The notes: generated from the letters alone by a model not told the origin. DNA of 64,000 bases from Candidatus Parcubacteria bacterium (GCA_019661865.1 JAIFWJ010000001.1:110809-174808); one strand, 5' to 3'; shown: positions 48,498-59,195, counted from the first letter of the stretch. Translations and numbers: made by a program.

Positions 48498-49757
48498 CTA
48501 TATCCTGAAGCCTTTGCTCCTCAACTTTCTATGATATGTAATGGCGAAGCGGTGTGCCTCAACGTTCGCAAGAAGTATGGATCTGTTCCAAGTCAGAGCA
48601 AGTTCTGGATTACCCAGCACCTCACGAGCCTTATGTGATTTATCTTTCACCACTGCGACTATGGGCACTGTCATATCGAGCTCACGCAATACTTCTTCTG
48701 CGGCATTCTTCTGTGCTATTCCACCATCTATGACTATAAGACTTGGTCCTTGCCATTCTGGGTGAGTGAACCTTCTACGTAGCATTTCTTTAAGATTGTT
48801 TGTGTCATCTACCTTTACTTTGCCGCGAGTACCTCGTATACGAAACTTTCTGTACTGACTCTTATTGAGTTCTCCATCTTCGACCACAGTCATTACACCC
48901 ACAGTTTCATTGCCCGCCAAGTGTGCAATATCATAAGCCTCAATGCGAAAAATCTCATCGTTATTTGTGCGCTCCATGTCTCGCTTTATAAGTGCGATGT
49001 CGTGGATATGCTCTAAAGCATAAAGAGTGCGCTTAAGTCGAGCTGCTTCCTCGAACTTCTCTTCCTTGGCACATTTATGCATGTCACGTTCTATGCTTCT
49101 TAGAAGTTGTTCCTTCTTACCTTCGAAAAACATTTCAATGCGCTTAATGGTCCTCTTGTATTCCTGACTAGGAATCTTCCCGATACATGTACCAGGACAC
49201 AGTCCTATCTGATAGTTCCAACAAGCTCTTGGGTGCATAGGATCCATCTGCTCATCTCGTGGAATACACTTCTCATCTCTGTAAGGGAAAATCCTTCTAA
49301 TAATCTTAAGAGCCTCTCTGAGTTCCCCTCCGTGTGGGAAAGGACCGGCCACGAACCTGGCATTAAGTTCAGGATCAGAACCGTAACTTATCTCACGACC
49401 TCGTACTACCCAAATCGCAGGAAATTCTTCATCAGTTATAACTACATAATTAAAACTTTTATTGTCCTTACCTAGAGTATTGTACGGAGGCTGACGCTTC
49501 TGAATCTCGTGAGCTTCTACCATAAGTGCCTCAAGCACGGAGTCTGTGGTGTGATGCTGAATGGTCAAGGCACGCTCGACCATTTCCACGAACCTCTCAC
49601 CACGAGTTTCCTCTAAATCTGAAGCGAAGTAGCTCTTTACCCGATCTTTGAGCGAGGTGGCCTTACCGACGTAGAGAATTTCCTTCTTTGGACCCACAAA
49701 GAAGTAAACTCCCGGAGAATCGGGTAAATTTAAAGCTAAAAGCTCTTGACTATTCAT
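48498..49757 (-). CDS. uvrC: Excinuclease ABC subunit C (no C-terminal HhH)
   Basis: GIY-YIG (PGVY..YVGKA), Cys-rich region, UVR, RIEAYDI, IDGG. Confidence 0.92.
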   Translation of the reverse strand: MNSQELLALNLPDSPGVYFFVGPKKEILYVGKATSLKDRVKSYFASDLEETRGERFVEMVERALTIQHHTTDSVLEALMVEAHEIQKRQPPYNTLGKDNKSFNYVVITDEEFPAIWVVRGREISYGSDPELNARFVAGPFPHGGELREALKIIRRIFPYRDEKCIPRDEQMDPMHPRACWNYQIGLCPGTCIGKIPSQEYKRTIKRIEMFFEGKKEQLLRSIERDMHKCAKEEKFEEAARLKRTLYALEHIHDIALIKRDMERTNNDEIFRIEAYDIAHLAGNETVGVMTVVEDGELNKSQYRKFRIRGTRGKVKVDDTNNLKEMLRRRFTHPEWQGPSLIVIDGGIAQKNAAEEVLRELDMTVPIVAVVKDKSHKAREVLGNPELALTWNRSILLANVEAHRFAITYHRKLRSKGFRI

Positions 49758-49807
49758 GCATACTATTTTACTATATAAGTAGACACACGGACAACCATTG
49801 GAGGCTT

Positions 49808-50089
49808 ATGTCCATAACCGAAAGCGGAAGAACTTCGCTCGAGGACATCAAGACCTCGATTGGAGAAATCCTAAGCGAAGTTGACCCAAGTAACGAACGA
49901 GTGGCTGAGTGGATGGGAACAGTGTTTCTTCCTTTAGTAGAGATAGCTCGAGTAAGACTGCTTGCAGTAGACGAGCACTTAGCTGAAAAGGAGAGAGACT
50001 CTGGTCCTCATCCCAAGCTACAGGATTCAGTGAAAGAAGGTCCGAGCACGTACATTCTACCCAATACTCTCACCGGAGAGAAAACCTGA
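49808..50089 (+). CDS. Hypothetical protein
   Basis: TTGACT(49746)-N17-TACTAT promoter; GGAGG SD before ATG 49808. Confidence 0.6.
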   Translation: MSITESGRTSLEDIKTSIGEILSEVDPSNERVAEWMGTVFLPLVEIARVRLLAVDEHLAEKERDSGPHPKLQDSVKEGPSTYILPNTLTGEKT

Positions 50090-50268
50090 TGCTTCTCGAC
50101 GGATCTAAACGATCTGAAGGAAGGAAGCAGAGAGGTGCGATCGAGAGAAATCCTTCACCGGAACGAAACATCATCATGTTTCGAGCCGAGAAGATTGATC
50201 TGCCGCTCCCTCGCTTGCCAAGAAAAGGTTCATGCGGATGCCTACATGGTTCCGAAGCCGCTGATTAA
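50089..50268 (+). CDS. Possible 59-aa protein translationally coupled to the upstream ORF
   Basis: TGATG overlap, GGAG SD, ends inside terminator AAGCCGCTGA..TCAGTGGCTT. Confidence 0.35.
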   Translation: MLLDGSKRSEGRKQRGAIERNPSPERNIIMFRAEKIDLPLPRLPRKGSCGCLHGSEAAD

Positions 50269-50281
50269 ATTCAGTGGCTTT

Positions 50282-52903
50282 TTATTTCTTTTTATCTGCC
50301 TGGGCAGCCAGGTCCTTTCTAAGAATTTTCCTTAAGTAGACACCTGTGTGCGAGTCGGTATTCGCAACTTCTTCCGGAGTGCCATGTGCAACTAACTTCC
50401 CTCCTCCTTCTCCACCTTCTGGTCCAATATCTAGGACATAGTCGGCATTTTTTATTAGGTCCAAGTTATGCTCAATAACTACGACAGTGTTACCTTTATC
50501 TACAAGTTTCTGAAGAATTTCAATTAAGAGCTTCACATCAGCATAATGAAGTCCAATTGTAGGCTCATCAAGGATATAAATAGTTTTCTGTAAGTGTGGA
50601 CGATAAAGCTCTGAGGCAATCTTCACACGCTGTGCCTCGCCACCAGAAAGAGTCGTAGCAGACTGACCAAGCTTAAGATAACCAAGTCCCACATCATTTA
50701 AAACTTTTATCCTGTCATAGATAGCTGGAATATCCTCAAAGAAAGTTAGAGCTTCTTCTATAGTCATCTCGAGCACATCAAATATAGACTTCTTCTTGTA
50801 TCTTACCTCCAAGGTCTCCTTCATAAACCTCTTACCCTGACAGACATCGCAAGGTACATAGACAGTGGGAAGGAAGTGCATCTCCACCTCGATCATGCCG
50901 TTTCCTTGGCATGTTTCGCATCTACCTCCCTTCACATTGAATGAGAACCTATTCGACTTCCAACCCCGAGCTCGTGCTTCACTAGTCTCAGCGAAAAGTT
51001 CTCGAATAAATGTGAATGCTCCTGTGTATGTAGCAGGATTCGAACGTGGAGTTCTGCCTATGGCAGATTGATCAATGAGAATAGCGCGACCCAAGTACTC
51101 TGCTCCACTCACGCTCTGTGCATTGTATGTTTCTGCGCTTCTATACTTCTTCTCAAGCCGAGCTTGTAAATTCTTATAAAGAATTTCATATATGAAAGAA
51201 GATTTACCCGAACCGGAGACTCCAGTCACTGCTATAAGCTTACCGAGTGGTATATCTACATTTAAATTTTTAATGTTAAATATTTTCCCGCCTCGTATTT
51301 GTATTTCACCTTTCTCTGACTCTCTGCGCTTTTCTGGTATAGGTACTCTCTCTTCACCACGCAGATATGCGAGTGTAAGTGACTTCGAGTCATTCTTCTT
51401 GGCAGTTAGGAGTGGTTCTAGATAATCTGCTACTACTACCTTACCACCATGTGTGCCTGCACCTGGGCCAATATCCACTATGTAGTCTGAAGAGTATATA
51501 GTATCTTCATCGTGCTCAACTATGAGTATGGTGTTACCAAGATCGCGCAAGTTAATAAGAGTTTGGATCAACCTGTCGTTGTCTCTGGCGTGAAGACCGA
51601 TGGTGGGCTCATCGAGGACATAGAGTGCTCCCACAAGACCAGAGCCGAGCTGACTAGCTAAGCGTATCCGCTGCGCTTCACCGCCGGAGAGAGTGTGAGC
51701 ACGTCTGTCGAGTGAGAGATACTCTATACCTACGTTTAGCATGAAGTCGAGTCTGGACTCGATCTCCTTAGTTACTACTTTAGAAATATTTTTCTCACGC
51801 TGAGTTATTTTTAACTTCTTGAAGAATTCATCACTGTCCTTAATGGACATCTTTGTAAGGTCCACAATATTCTTACCACCCACAAGTACATGTAGAGATT
51901 CTTCACGGAGCCTGGAGCCCTTGCATCTTGGACATGGCTGATTGCCGAAGAAGTACTTAGTACCCAGGCCATTACACTCCGGACATGCACCGTATGGTGA
52001 GTTGAAGGAGAAGAGACGCGGCTCTATCTCAGGGAACGAGAAGCCGTCGTTCGGACATGACCACTTGGCAGACATAAGAAATTCATCTGGCTTCTCACCT
52101 TCCTTGGCTGTGTCACGGAAGCGTATAACAAGAAGTCCATCAGACTCTTCAACTGCTTTCTCTATGGCTTCTGAAAGACGTTCATGGGCAGCTTTCTCAT
52201 CCGTTTTAAATTCGCTCACACTTATGGAATCCACAAGGACTGAAATGTTGTGAGCCTTGGTCTTAGTAAGCTCTATGCGCTCACGGAGTTTCTTCCTATT
52301 ACCATCCACAAGTACTTCCGTGTATCCCTTACCTAGGAGATCATAAAGAAGTTGGTAATACTCGCCCTTCCTACCGCGCACCAGTGGAGCATAGATCTCT
52401 ACATACACTGGCATGGGAATCTTTTTGTCTTTAGGAAGGCTTGCTACCTTCTCATCTACTCTCTCCAGGACAAAGTTCTTTATTTCTTCATTAGAAAGTT
52501 TCTTAATCTCTTCTCCACAGACGAGACAGTGCGGACGACCAATGCGCGCATAGAGAATACGCAAGTAATCGTAAATCTCTGTAATGGTAGCTACGGTGGA
52601 GCGAGGATTGTTCGAGCGTGACTTCTGGTCAATAGATATGGCTGGGGAAAGGCCACTGATTTCATCTACATCTGGCTTCTGCATCTGGCGTAAGAACTGG
52701 CGCGCATAAGAAGAGAGCGATTCTACGTATCGCCTCTGTCCTTCTGCGAAGATGGTGTCGAACGCAAGTGAGGACTTACCAGAGCCCGAGAGTCCGGTAA
52801 ATACAATCATCTTGCCTCTCGGCATTTCCACCGTGATGTTCTTAAGGTTATGAGTGCGAGCACCCTTAACTACAATAAGATCTCCTGGTTTGTCTTTTGC
52901 CAT
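50282..52903 (-). CDS. uvrA: Excinuclease ABC subunit A
   Basis: [14 protein letters not shown], two LSGGEAQR motifs, zinc fingers. Confidence 0.97.
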   Translation of the reverse strand: MAKDKPGDLIVVKGARTHNLKNITVEMPRGKMIVFTGLSGSGKSSLAFDTIFAEGQRRYVESLSSYARQFLRQMQKPDVDEISGLSPAISIDQKSRSNNPRSTVATITEIYDYLRILYARIGRPHCLVCGEEIKKLSNEEIKNFVLERVDEKVASLPKDKKIPMPVYVEIYAPLVRGRKGEYYQLLYDLLGKGYTEVLVDGNRKKLRERIELTKTKAHNISVLVDSISVSEFKTDEKAAHERLSEAIEKAVEESDGLLVIRFRDTAKEGEKPDEFLMSAKWSCPNDGFSFPEIEPRLFSFNSPYGACPECNGLGTKYFFGNQPCPRCKGSRLREESLHVLVGGKNIVDLTKMSIKDSDEFFKKLKITQREKNISKVVTKEIESRLDFMLNVGIEYLSLDRRAHTLSGGEAQRIRLASQLGSGLVGALYVLDEPTIGLHARDNDRLIQTLINLRDLGNTILIVEHDEDTIYSSDYIVDIGPGAGTHGGKVVVADYLEPLLTAKKNDSKSLTLAYLRGEERVPIPEKRRESEKGEIQIRGGKIFNIKNLNVDIPLGKLIAVTGVSGSGKSSFIYEILYKNLQARLEKKYRSAETYNAQSVSGAEYLGRAILIDQSAIGRTPRSNPATYTGAFTFIRELFAETSEARARGWKSNRFSFNVKGGRCETCQGNGMIEVEMHFLPTVYVPCDVCQGKRFMKETLEVRYKKKSIFDVLEMTIEEALTFFEDIPAIYDRIKVLNDVGLGYLKLGQSATTLSGGEAQRVKIASELYRPHLQKTIYILDEPTIGLHYADVKLLIEILQKLVDKGNTVVVIEHNLDLIKNADYVLDIGPEGGEGGGKLVAHGTPEEVANTDSHTGVYLRKILRKDLAAQADKKK

Positions 52904-53025
52904 AGCATAGTGTCCCAGGGCGTGGCCCTAGGGTTACCCTATGAGTTTATCACATATCCACCATTGACGAAACTTGGAGGAGTTATATCGTTAATGCCAG
53001 AATGTTCTCATCTCTGGAGAGTACA

Positions 53026-53343
53026 ATGTCACACTCACCGGTGACCATAGAATTAGTCGACGTGAAAAATGTGTGTCGCATTGCCCAGATCACTCCACTG
53101 CGTCTTACCGACGCTCTCAGATCATCAGACGGAGCTCCATCTTCGCTTGATATGCTCGACAGGAGGATGCGGGCACGAGCAGATCTGAATCGTATCCGTC
53201 AAAAGCCAGATAAAGTGAAACTCGGAGCTGCCACACTTCTCTTTCAGTACCGCCGAGAATGTGAGCTAGGCAATAAGGAAATCGACTCTGAAGTCGAGAA
53301 CATCTTCATCCGCCGAATTGCTGATGTCACTCACTGGCCCTGA
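53026..53343 (+). CDS. Hypothetical protein
   Basis: TTGACG(52964)-N16-TATCGT promoter; GGAG SD. Confidence 0.6.
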   Translation: MSHSPVTIELVDVKNVCRIAQITPLRLTDALRSSDGAPSSLDMLDRRMRARADLNRIRQKPDKVKLGAATLLFQYRRECELGNKEIDSEVENIFIRRIADVTHWP

Positions 53344-53365
53344 TCACACCAAGCTGCCTGAGACT

Positions 53366-55411
53366 TTAGACAGCTTTTTTCTTTTTAGATTTATTCACTT
53401 TACCTAACTTTGTCTCTAGTGCTTTTATTTCATCTCGTAATATAGCTGCTGATTCGAAGTCGAGGTCGTGGACGGCTGTTTCCATCTCCTTCTCCTTCTG
53501 CTTAATGAGCTTCTCTGGATTCTTTTCAAAGAGCTTGGCATCTGTCTCAAGCAAGAGATCCACAGCTTGATGATGCTCGCGTTCAAGTGTGTCTGTAATA
53601 TCCTTAATCTTCTTAAGAATTGTTTTCGGGGTTATATTGTGTTCCTTGTTGTACGCCGTCTGTATGGTGCGTCTACGGTTGGTCTCGCCAATGGCTCTCT
53701 CCATGGATCCTGTTACTTTGTCAGCATAGAGGACTACATGTCCTTCCACATTCCTCGCTGCGCGACCAATGATCTGTATAAGAGAAGTTTCCGATCTTAA
53801 AAATCCTTCTTTATCTGCATCAAGTATTCCTATAAACATTACTTCAGGAAGATCTAGTCCTTCTCGAAGGAGGTTCACTCCCACAAGTACATCGAAGTCT
53901 CCTCTTCTAAATTGAGTTAATATTTCAATACGCTCTATGGTTTTAATGTCACTGTGAAGATATTCTGTTTTTATCTTTCTCTCCTTTAGATACTCTGCGA
54001 GATCCTCTGCCATCTTCTTGGTAAGTGTGGTGGCCATGGCACGTCCGCCCTTCTTGATTACTTTCTCTGCTTCGTCTATGAAATCCATGATCTGACCTTT
54101 GTAGGTAGATTTTTCTTGTATAGGTCTTACTTCTACAATAGGGTCAACAAGTCCTGTGGGACGTATGACTTGCTCAACTACTTTCTTGCTATTTTCTTTT
54201 TCGAACTTGCTTGGTGTGGCAGAAGTAAATATCACTTGTCCGACACGCTTCTCGAATTCATCGAACTTGAGAGGTCTATTGTCTCGCGCTGACGGCAGTC
54301 TGAAACCGTGCTCGACCAGTGTGTCCTTCCTCGACTTGTCTCCGGCATACATACCGCCAACTTGAGGTATGGTCACGTGCGACTCATCGATTATAGTTAA
54401 GAAATCCGGAGATCCATCTGCTTTGTGAGGAAAGTACGAGAGCAGAGTATCTGGTGGCTCGCCAGGTTTTTTACCAGAGAAGTGACGAGAATAGTTCTCT
54501 ATACCATTACAGTATCCAACTTCTCGGATGAGTGCCAAGTCATAAGAAGTTCTGCGTTTAAGCCTGTCTGCCTCAAGGATCTTGCCTTCTTTCTTAAATA
54601 ATTCTAGTTGATCCTCTAACTCACTCTTAATACTCTCTAGTGCACGCTTCAACTGGTCATCAGCCGTTATAAAGTGCTTGGCCGGGAAGAGATAGAAAAA
54701 ATCTAGTTCGTTTATGATACTTCTTGTCACTCCGTCTATACGTTTGATAGCCTCAATCATCCCTTCTTCTATTTCTATACGATAAATATTTCTCTCTGAT
54801 GTGGGCATTACCTCGACGGCATTCCCCAATGCTCTGAACTGTCCAGGAGTTAAATCTCCGTTTGTACGTGTGAAGTGAATACGAATAAGTTCACGAATGA
54901 AATCTGCTCGCGAGACTGGACTTCCTTTCACAATCTTCATATTCACCTTCTCGTATTCCTCAGGACTTCCTAGTCCGTATATACATGAGACAGATGCGAC
55001 GATGATTACATCCTTACGAGTCAAGAGTGCCTGAGTAGATGCGTGACGGAGTCTCTCAATCTCTTCATTTATCATTGCTTCTTTCTCTATATACGTATCA
55101 GTAACAGGAAGATATGCCTCTGGCTGATAGTAGTCATAGTAAGAGACAAAGTAATGCACAGCATTGTCTGGGAAGAACTCTCTGTACTCTTGTGCGAGTT
55201 GCGCTGCTAGAGTCTTATTATGAGCTATGACAAGGGTGGGCTTACCGATGTTCGCGATGACGTTCGCTGCTGTAAAGGTCTTACCTGAGCCAGTGACACC
55301 AAGAAGCGTCTGGTAGCGCAGACCATCTTGAACACCTTTTGTGAGCTCGTCTATGGCCTTAGGCTGGTCTCCTGCAGGCTGAAACTCATTGTTAATCTTA
55401 AAAATTGACAT
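53366..55411 (-). CDS. uvrB: Excinuclease ABC subunit B
   Basis: GVTGSGKT, YFVSYYDYYQPEAY, DESH, GRAARN. Confidence 0.97.
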   Translation of the reverse strand: MSIFKINNEFQPAGDQPKAIDELTKGVQDGLRYQTLLGVTGSGKTFTAANVIANIGKPTLVIAHNKTLAAQLAQEYREFFPDNAVHYFVSYYDYYQPEAYLPVTDTYIEKEAMINEEIERLRHASTQALLTRKDVIIVASVSCIYGLGSPEEYEKVNMKIVKGSPVSRADFIRELIRIHFTRTNGDLTPGQFRALGNAVEVMPTSERNIYRIEIEEGMIEAIKRIDGVTRSIINELDFFYLFPAKHFITADDQLKRALESIKSELEDQLELFKKEGKILEADRLKRRTSYDLALIREVGYCNGIENYSRHFSGKKPGEPPDTLLSYFPHKADGSPDFLTIIDESHVTIPQVGGMYAGDKSRKDTLVEHGFRLPSARDNRPLKFDEFEKRVGQVIFTSATPSKFEKENSKKVVEQVIRPTGLVDPIVEVRPIQEKSTYKGQIMDFIDEAEKVIKKGGRAMATTLTKKMAEDLAEYLKERKIKTEYLHSDIKTIERIEILTQFRRGDFDVLVGVNLLREGLDLPEVMFIGILDADKEGFLRSETSLIQIIGRAARNVEGHVVLYADKVTGSMERAIGETNRRRTIQTAYNKEHNITPKTILKKIKDITDTLEREHHQAVDLLLETDAKLFEKNPEKLIKQKEKEMETAVHDLDFESAAILRDEIKALETKLGKVNKSKKKKAV

Positions 55412-55490
55412 TATCTGTATTATTGACAGTATAAACTTTTCGATACTTAAAAACAAAAATGCCGGACTTTAGGTCCGGCGAGATCATCTG

Positions 55491-55655
55491 CTATCTGTTT
55501 CTTTGGAAAACTACGCTTCTCAGTCGGCAGCCAATATGAGGAGAGAGTCTGGGTACAGGGCCTTTGTATCGTCTCATCCGGGGAATTCGGACAAGATAAC
55601 CATGCACCTTGTTCTTGGCAGCGCGAACTTTAACGCGAAGCGCGGATGCAGACAT
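55491..55655 (-). CDS. Small Arg/Lys-rich hypothetical protein
   Basis: TTGACA-N17-TAGTTT promoter (55723-55695); GGAG SD; GCCGGAC..GTCCGGC terminator 55461-55479. Confidence 0.5.
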   Translation of the reverse strand: MSASALRVKVRAAKNKVHGYLVRIPRMRRYKGPVPRLSPHIGCRLRSVVFQRNR

Positions 55656-55740
55656 GGATCTCCGGACTGAGGTAACGAACAAAACCCAAATTTAAAACTA
55701 TCAATTTAGGGTTTAAGTGTCAAAGAAGAGGTGGGGATTC

Positions 55741-56946
55741 CTAGTGTAAATACCGAGCGAGAAACTCTTTCTTAAATTTTTCAAAGTTGTCTTCGAGTAT
55801 TGACTGCCTCATCCTCTTAACTAGGTTCACAATGAAATATAAGTTATGTATAGAACCAAGAGTCCCTCCAAGCATCTCATGTGCTCGCATAAGATGACAG
55901 ACATAAGCACGCGAGTAATTCTTGCACACATAACACTGACATTCTGAATCTATAGAAGTTGGATCATCTCTGAACTCGGCATTACGAATATTAATCTTGC
56001 CTTTATGAGTATAGAGTGTGCCACCTCTACCGTTTCTGGTGGGAGCCACACAGTCGAAGAGATCCACTCCATTCTCTACCCCCATGAAGAGATCTTCCGG
56101 CTCTCCTATACCAAGCAAGTGTCTAGGTTTATCCTCTGGTAGTACTTCATTTACCCAACGAACAGCAGTGGACATATCCTCCTTGGCGAATGATCCACCG
56201 ATACCGAAGCCGTCGAAGTCGAGTGAGGAAATATATTTTGCAGACTTCTTGCGTAGACCTTCGTCTCTGCCACCTTGTACAATACCGAAGAGTGCTTGCC
56301 GCTCAGAATTACCTTTCGACTTGTGATACTCCAGACTTCTCTTGGCCCATATGTGAGTTCTTTCTAATGCCTCTTCTTGGTACTTCAGAGTTTCTGTAGG
56401 AGATGTACATTCATCAAATGCGAATATTATATCTGCACCCAAGTCGTGCTGGATCTCTACTGACTTCTCTGGAGTTATGTAATGAAGAGATCCATCATGA
56501 TGTGATCTGAAGGACACTCCATCTTGTCCGATCTTAGCAAGTCTCGGTATTTCATCTTCACTTGACCTTTCGGCTATCATTAAAGAGGGGTCAGTGATTT
56601 GAGTAACTTTCGAAATCCCTTTCCCGTAAGCAGCACCCAAAGAGAAAACTTGGAACCCTCCTGAGTCAGTCATGATGGGCAGAGGCCAGTTCATAAACTT
56701 GTGGAGTCCTCCAAGATTTTTCACCCTACCGGGACCTGGGTCAAGATAAAGATGATATGTATTTGCAAGTACTACTTCCGCTCCAAGATCTCTAACCTCT
56801 TCTGGAGTCAGAGCTTTCACTGCTGCCTTGGTACCGACACTTACGAATGCTGGAGTATGGATAGCTCCGTGTGGTGTTAGAAGTATACCAGCACGACCGA
56901 GTTTCTGCTGTAACTTCTTTTCTATAGAGAATTTTAGAGAAGACAT
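55741..56946 (-). CDS. tgt: tRNA-guanine transglycosylase
   Basis: ANTYHL, TDSGGFQVFSL, FDEC, GIVQGG, FDCV-PTR, C-C-C..H zinc site. Confidence 0.95.
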   Translation of the reverse strand: MSSLKFSIEKKLQQKLGRAGILLTPHGAIHTPAFVSVGTKAAVKALTPEEVRDLGAEVVLANTYHLYLDPGPGRVKNLGGLHKFMNWPLPIMTDSGGFQVFSLGAAYGKGISKVTQITDPSLMIAERSSEDEIPRLAKIGQDGVSFRSHHDGSLHYITPEKSVEIQHDLGADIIFAFDECTSPTETLKYQEEALERTHIWAKRSLEYHKSKGNSERQALFGIVQGGRDEGLRKKSAKYISSLDFDGFGIGGSFAKEDMSTAVRWVNEVLPEDKPRHLLGIGEPEDLFMGVENGVDLFDCVAPTRNGRGGTLYTHKGKINIRNAEFRDDPTSIDSECQCYVCKNYSRAYVCHLMRAHEMLGGTLGSIHNLYFIVNLVKRMRQSILEDNFEKFKKEFLARYLH

Positions 56947-57043
56947 TACAGTACCATATCAAATTGTGTTCTAATTTGTAATAGAAAGTAAGACTCCCCG
57001 TCTTTCTACGTCGACAGCTCTTTCTCCTTCCCTTAGGTGAGCC

Positions 57044-57241
57044 ATGCTACGTTCCAGCCCAAGTATAGAGGTGAGTCGCTCTCATCTCCTAAACTCTAGG
57101 CCCTGCTTGCCAGACCCGCTACCAGATGACGAAGTTGAGCTTCAGACTCTGTATGATACCTTCCTCGCCTATCATCAGATAGTCCCGAAGTTTACTACAG
57201 AGCTGGATATAATTAACCGCAAGCAACGCAGAGTTGATTGA
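57044..57241 (+). CDS. Small hypothetical protein
   Basis: AGGTG SD; terminator AACCGGGA-CACAT-TCCCGGTT right after the stop. Confidence 0.45.
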   Translation: MLRSSPSIEVSRSHLLNSRPCLPDPLPDDEVELQTLYDTFLAYHQIVPKFTTELDIINRKQRRVD

Positions 57242-57341
57242 ACCGGGACACATTCCCGGTTTTTTGTATGGTAGAACTAGATCCTCCAAAGTGGTATAAA
57301 TACCGGCAGACTAGCACCTTAAACTCTCGCCCGGAGAAGAG

Positions 57342-58121
57342 ATGTCCACGTCTCAATGGGTACTCCTGTGCCTGGCATCAGTATTTTTAGGAATTTTTAT
57401 TACCTACAGACTGATGCGAAAGAGATACTGGTTCAAGAAGTCGGTCGAAGAAGTTCTGGAAAGTAGAGATCTCGAATGGTTGGTAGACCACACTGAAAGA
57501 GTACTTCAGCCATGGAGTGTGAGAGACCCGTTCCTACTGCGTATCGCTCGCGCTCACATTTTCTCAATCTGTAAGACAAGCGCTGAGTGCAAGTTCGTTT
57601 TAAAAAATCTGTCTCTACCAGATAGCGGCCGCGACTCGGATATCGTCAAGGACCTCAAACGTAAGTGGCAAGATTTTTCATCTCGAGATTTCGCCAGACC
57701 TCAGAACTTCTCAGGCTTAGTAAGAGCCTGCGAGAACTGTGGGGAAGATCATCCTGAGCGAAGTCCAAACCTCATGAGGCTTGTGCTCTTAGCCGATAAC
57801 TCAGACGAGTGTATGATCGCTGCCCGTCTGGCTCTAAGGGAAAGTGAGGTGAGAATCGAAGCACTTCTCAAGGCTTTGGCGCTCGAGGCTACCTCTCACG
57901 AAAGGAGAGAGATGCTCGACAAGTATATGCGGAGAGTGCCATACGACTCTAAGCTCTGGCGACGCTTCATGAGAACAGAATTCAATGAAGACCGGTTAAT
58001 AGAGGCCATGAAGATGGTCCCCGGAGACTCGTTGGCACGTCGTCTGGCCAAGTCGAGACTAAAGCATCTCAGCCATGTACCACGACAGCGATCACCTAAA
58101 CCAGAGATTGCTATCGTTTAG
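57342..58121 (+). CDS. Membrane-anchored helical hypothetical protein
   Basis: N-terminal TM; GGAG SD; terminator GCCTGGG..CCCAGGC-TTTTT. Confidence 0.65.
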   Translation: MSTSQWVLLCLASVFLGIFITYRLMRKRYWFKKSVEEVLESRDLEWLVDHTERVLQPWSVRDPFLLRIARAHIFSICKTSAECKFVLKNLSLPDSGRDSDIVKDLKRKWQDFSSRDFARPQNFSGLVRACENCGEDHPERSPNLMRLVLLADNSDECMIAARLALRESEVRIEALLKALALEATSHERREMLDKYMRRVPYDSKLWRRFMRTEFNEDRLIEAMKMVPGDSLARRLAKSRLKHLSHVPRQRSPKPEIAIV

Positions 58122-58151
58122 CCTGGGCACAGACCCAGGCTTTTTATTTAA

Positions 58152-59159
58152 TTATCTTTTAGAAATTATCGACTTTTTGTACATGTCGAGGTGTTCCAGT
58201 GCTATACCCGTACCCTTGGCCACACAGAAGTATGCATCCTTAGCAAGCTCAGCCTTCACTCCAGTTCTACGGAAGACAAGTTCAGGAAGATTACGAAGTT
58301 GTGATGATCCTCCAGTCATGATAATCCCTCTGTCGATAATATCTGACGAAAGCTCTGGTGGAGTTTCTTGCAAAACATCTTTTATAGCTTTCACCATTTC
58401 GCGCAGTTCTCGAGCGATAGCCTTCACCACTTCATTTGTCTTTATATCTATAGTACGTGGAAGACCGACTACCGAATCTCTTCCTTTCACAGATAAAGAA
58501 AGTTCTTCCTCCAGGGGTATTGCAGAACCAATTTCAATCTTTATGTCCTCGGCAGTCTTATCTCCAATGGTAAGGTTGTAAGTCTTCTTCATGTAGTCAA
58601 CTATGGCCGCATCAATTTTATTACCCGCTACTTTCACCGAGGTTGAGGCCACAATACCGCCTAGAGAGATCACCGCCACATCTATAGTTCCACCACCAAT
58701 GTCTACTATCATATTGCCTGCCGCTTCATGTATGGGCACCCCAGCTCCAATAGCCGCAAGTATGGGCTCCTTCACCACATAAGCATTCTTCGCACCAGCC
58801 TTGGTAGCAGCTTCCATCACTGCTCTACGCTCTGTAGAGGTCACTCCTGCTGGTACCGAGATGAGCACATCTGGTTTAAAAAGATTCCAACGACCCAGTG
58901 ACTTATTTATATAATGCTTGAGCATGGCCTCAGTCACTCGGTAGTCTGCGATGACTCCATCTTTCATGGGCCTGTAAGCTACGATGTCATCTGGAGTTCG
59001 TCCAACCATGGTCTTAGCCTCTGCTCCTATGGCTAGGATTTTATTATTTTCTGCAATGGCAACAACTGAGGGTTCATTCAGAATAATTCCTTTCCCTGGC
59101 ACGAAGACAAGAATATTTGTAGTACCAAGATCTATACCGAGCTTCTTAGCGAGTGGCAT
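58152..59159 (-). CDS. mreB: Rod shape-determining protein MreB
   Basis: GIDLGT, EPSVVA, DIGGGT, TPPEL, TGG. Confidence 0.96.
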   Translation of the reverse strand: MPLAKKLGIDLGTTNILVFVPGKGIILNEPSVVAIAENNKILAIGAEAKTMVGRTPDDIVAYRPMKDGVIADYRVTEAMLKHYINKSLGRWNLFKPDVLISVPAGVTSTERRAVMEAATKAGAKNAYVVKEPILAAIGAGVPIHEAAGNMIVDIGGGTIDVAVISLGGIVASTSVKVAGNKIDAAIVDYMKKTYNLTIGDKTAEDIKIEIGSAIPLEEELSLSVKGRDSVVGLPRTIDIKTNEVVKAIARELREMVKAIKDVLQETPPELSSDIIDRGIIMTGGSSQLRNLPELVFRRTGVKAELAKDAYFCVAKGTGIALEHLDMYKKSIISKR

Positions 59160-59195
59160 GGGCAATATGATACTCCTGTGTCATATAATGTGGCA

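Noticed and set aside
50119-50130. GGAAGGAAGCAG resembling SRP RNA domain IV
   Set aside because: Lacks the preceding CAGGTCC-type half and the long enclosing helix; lies within a plausible ORF
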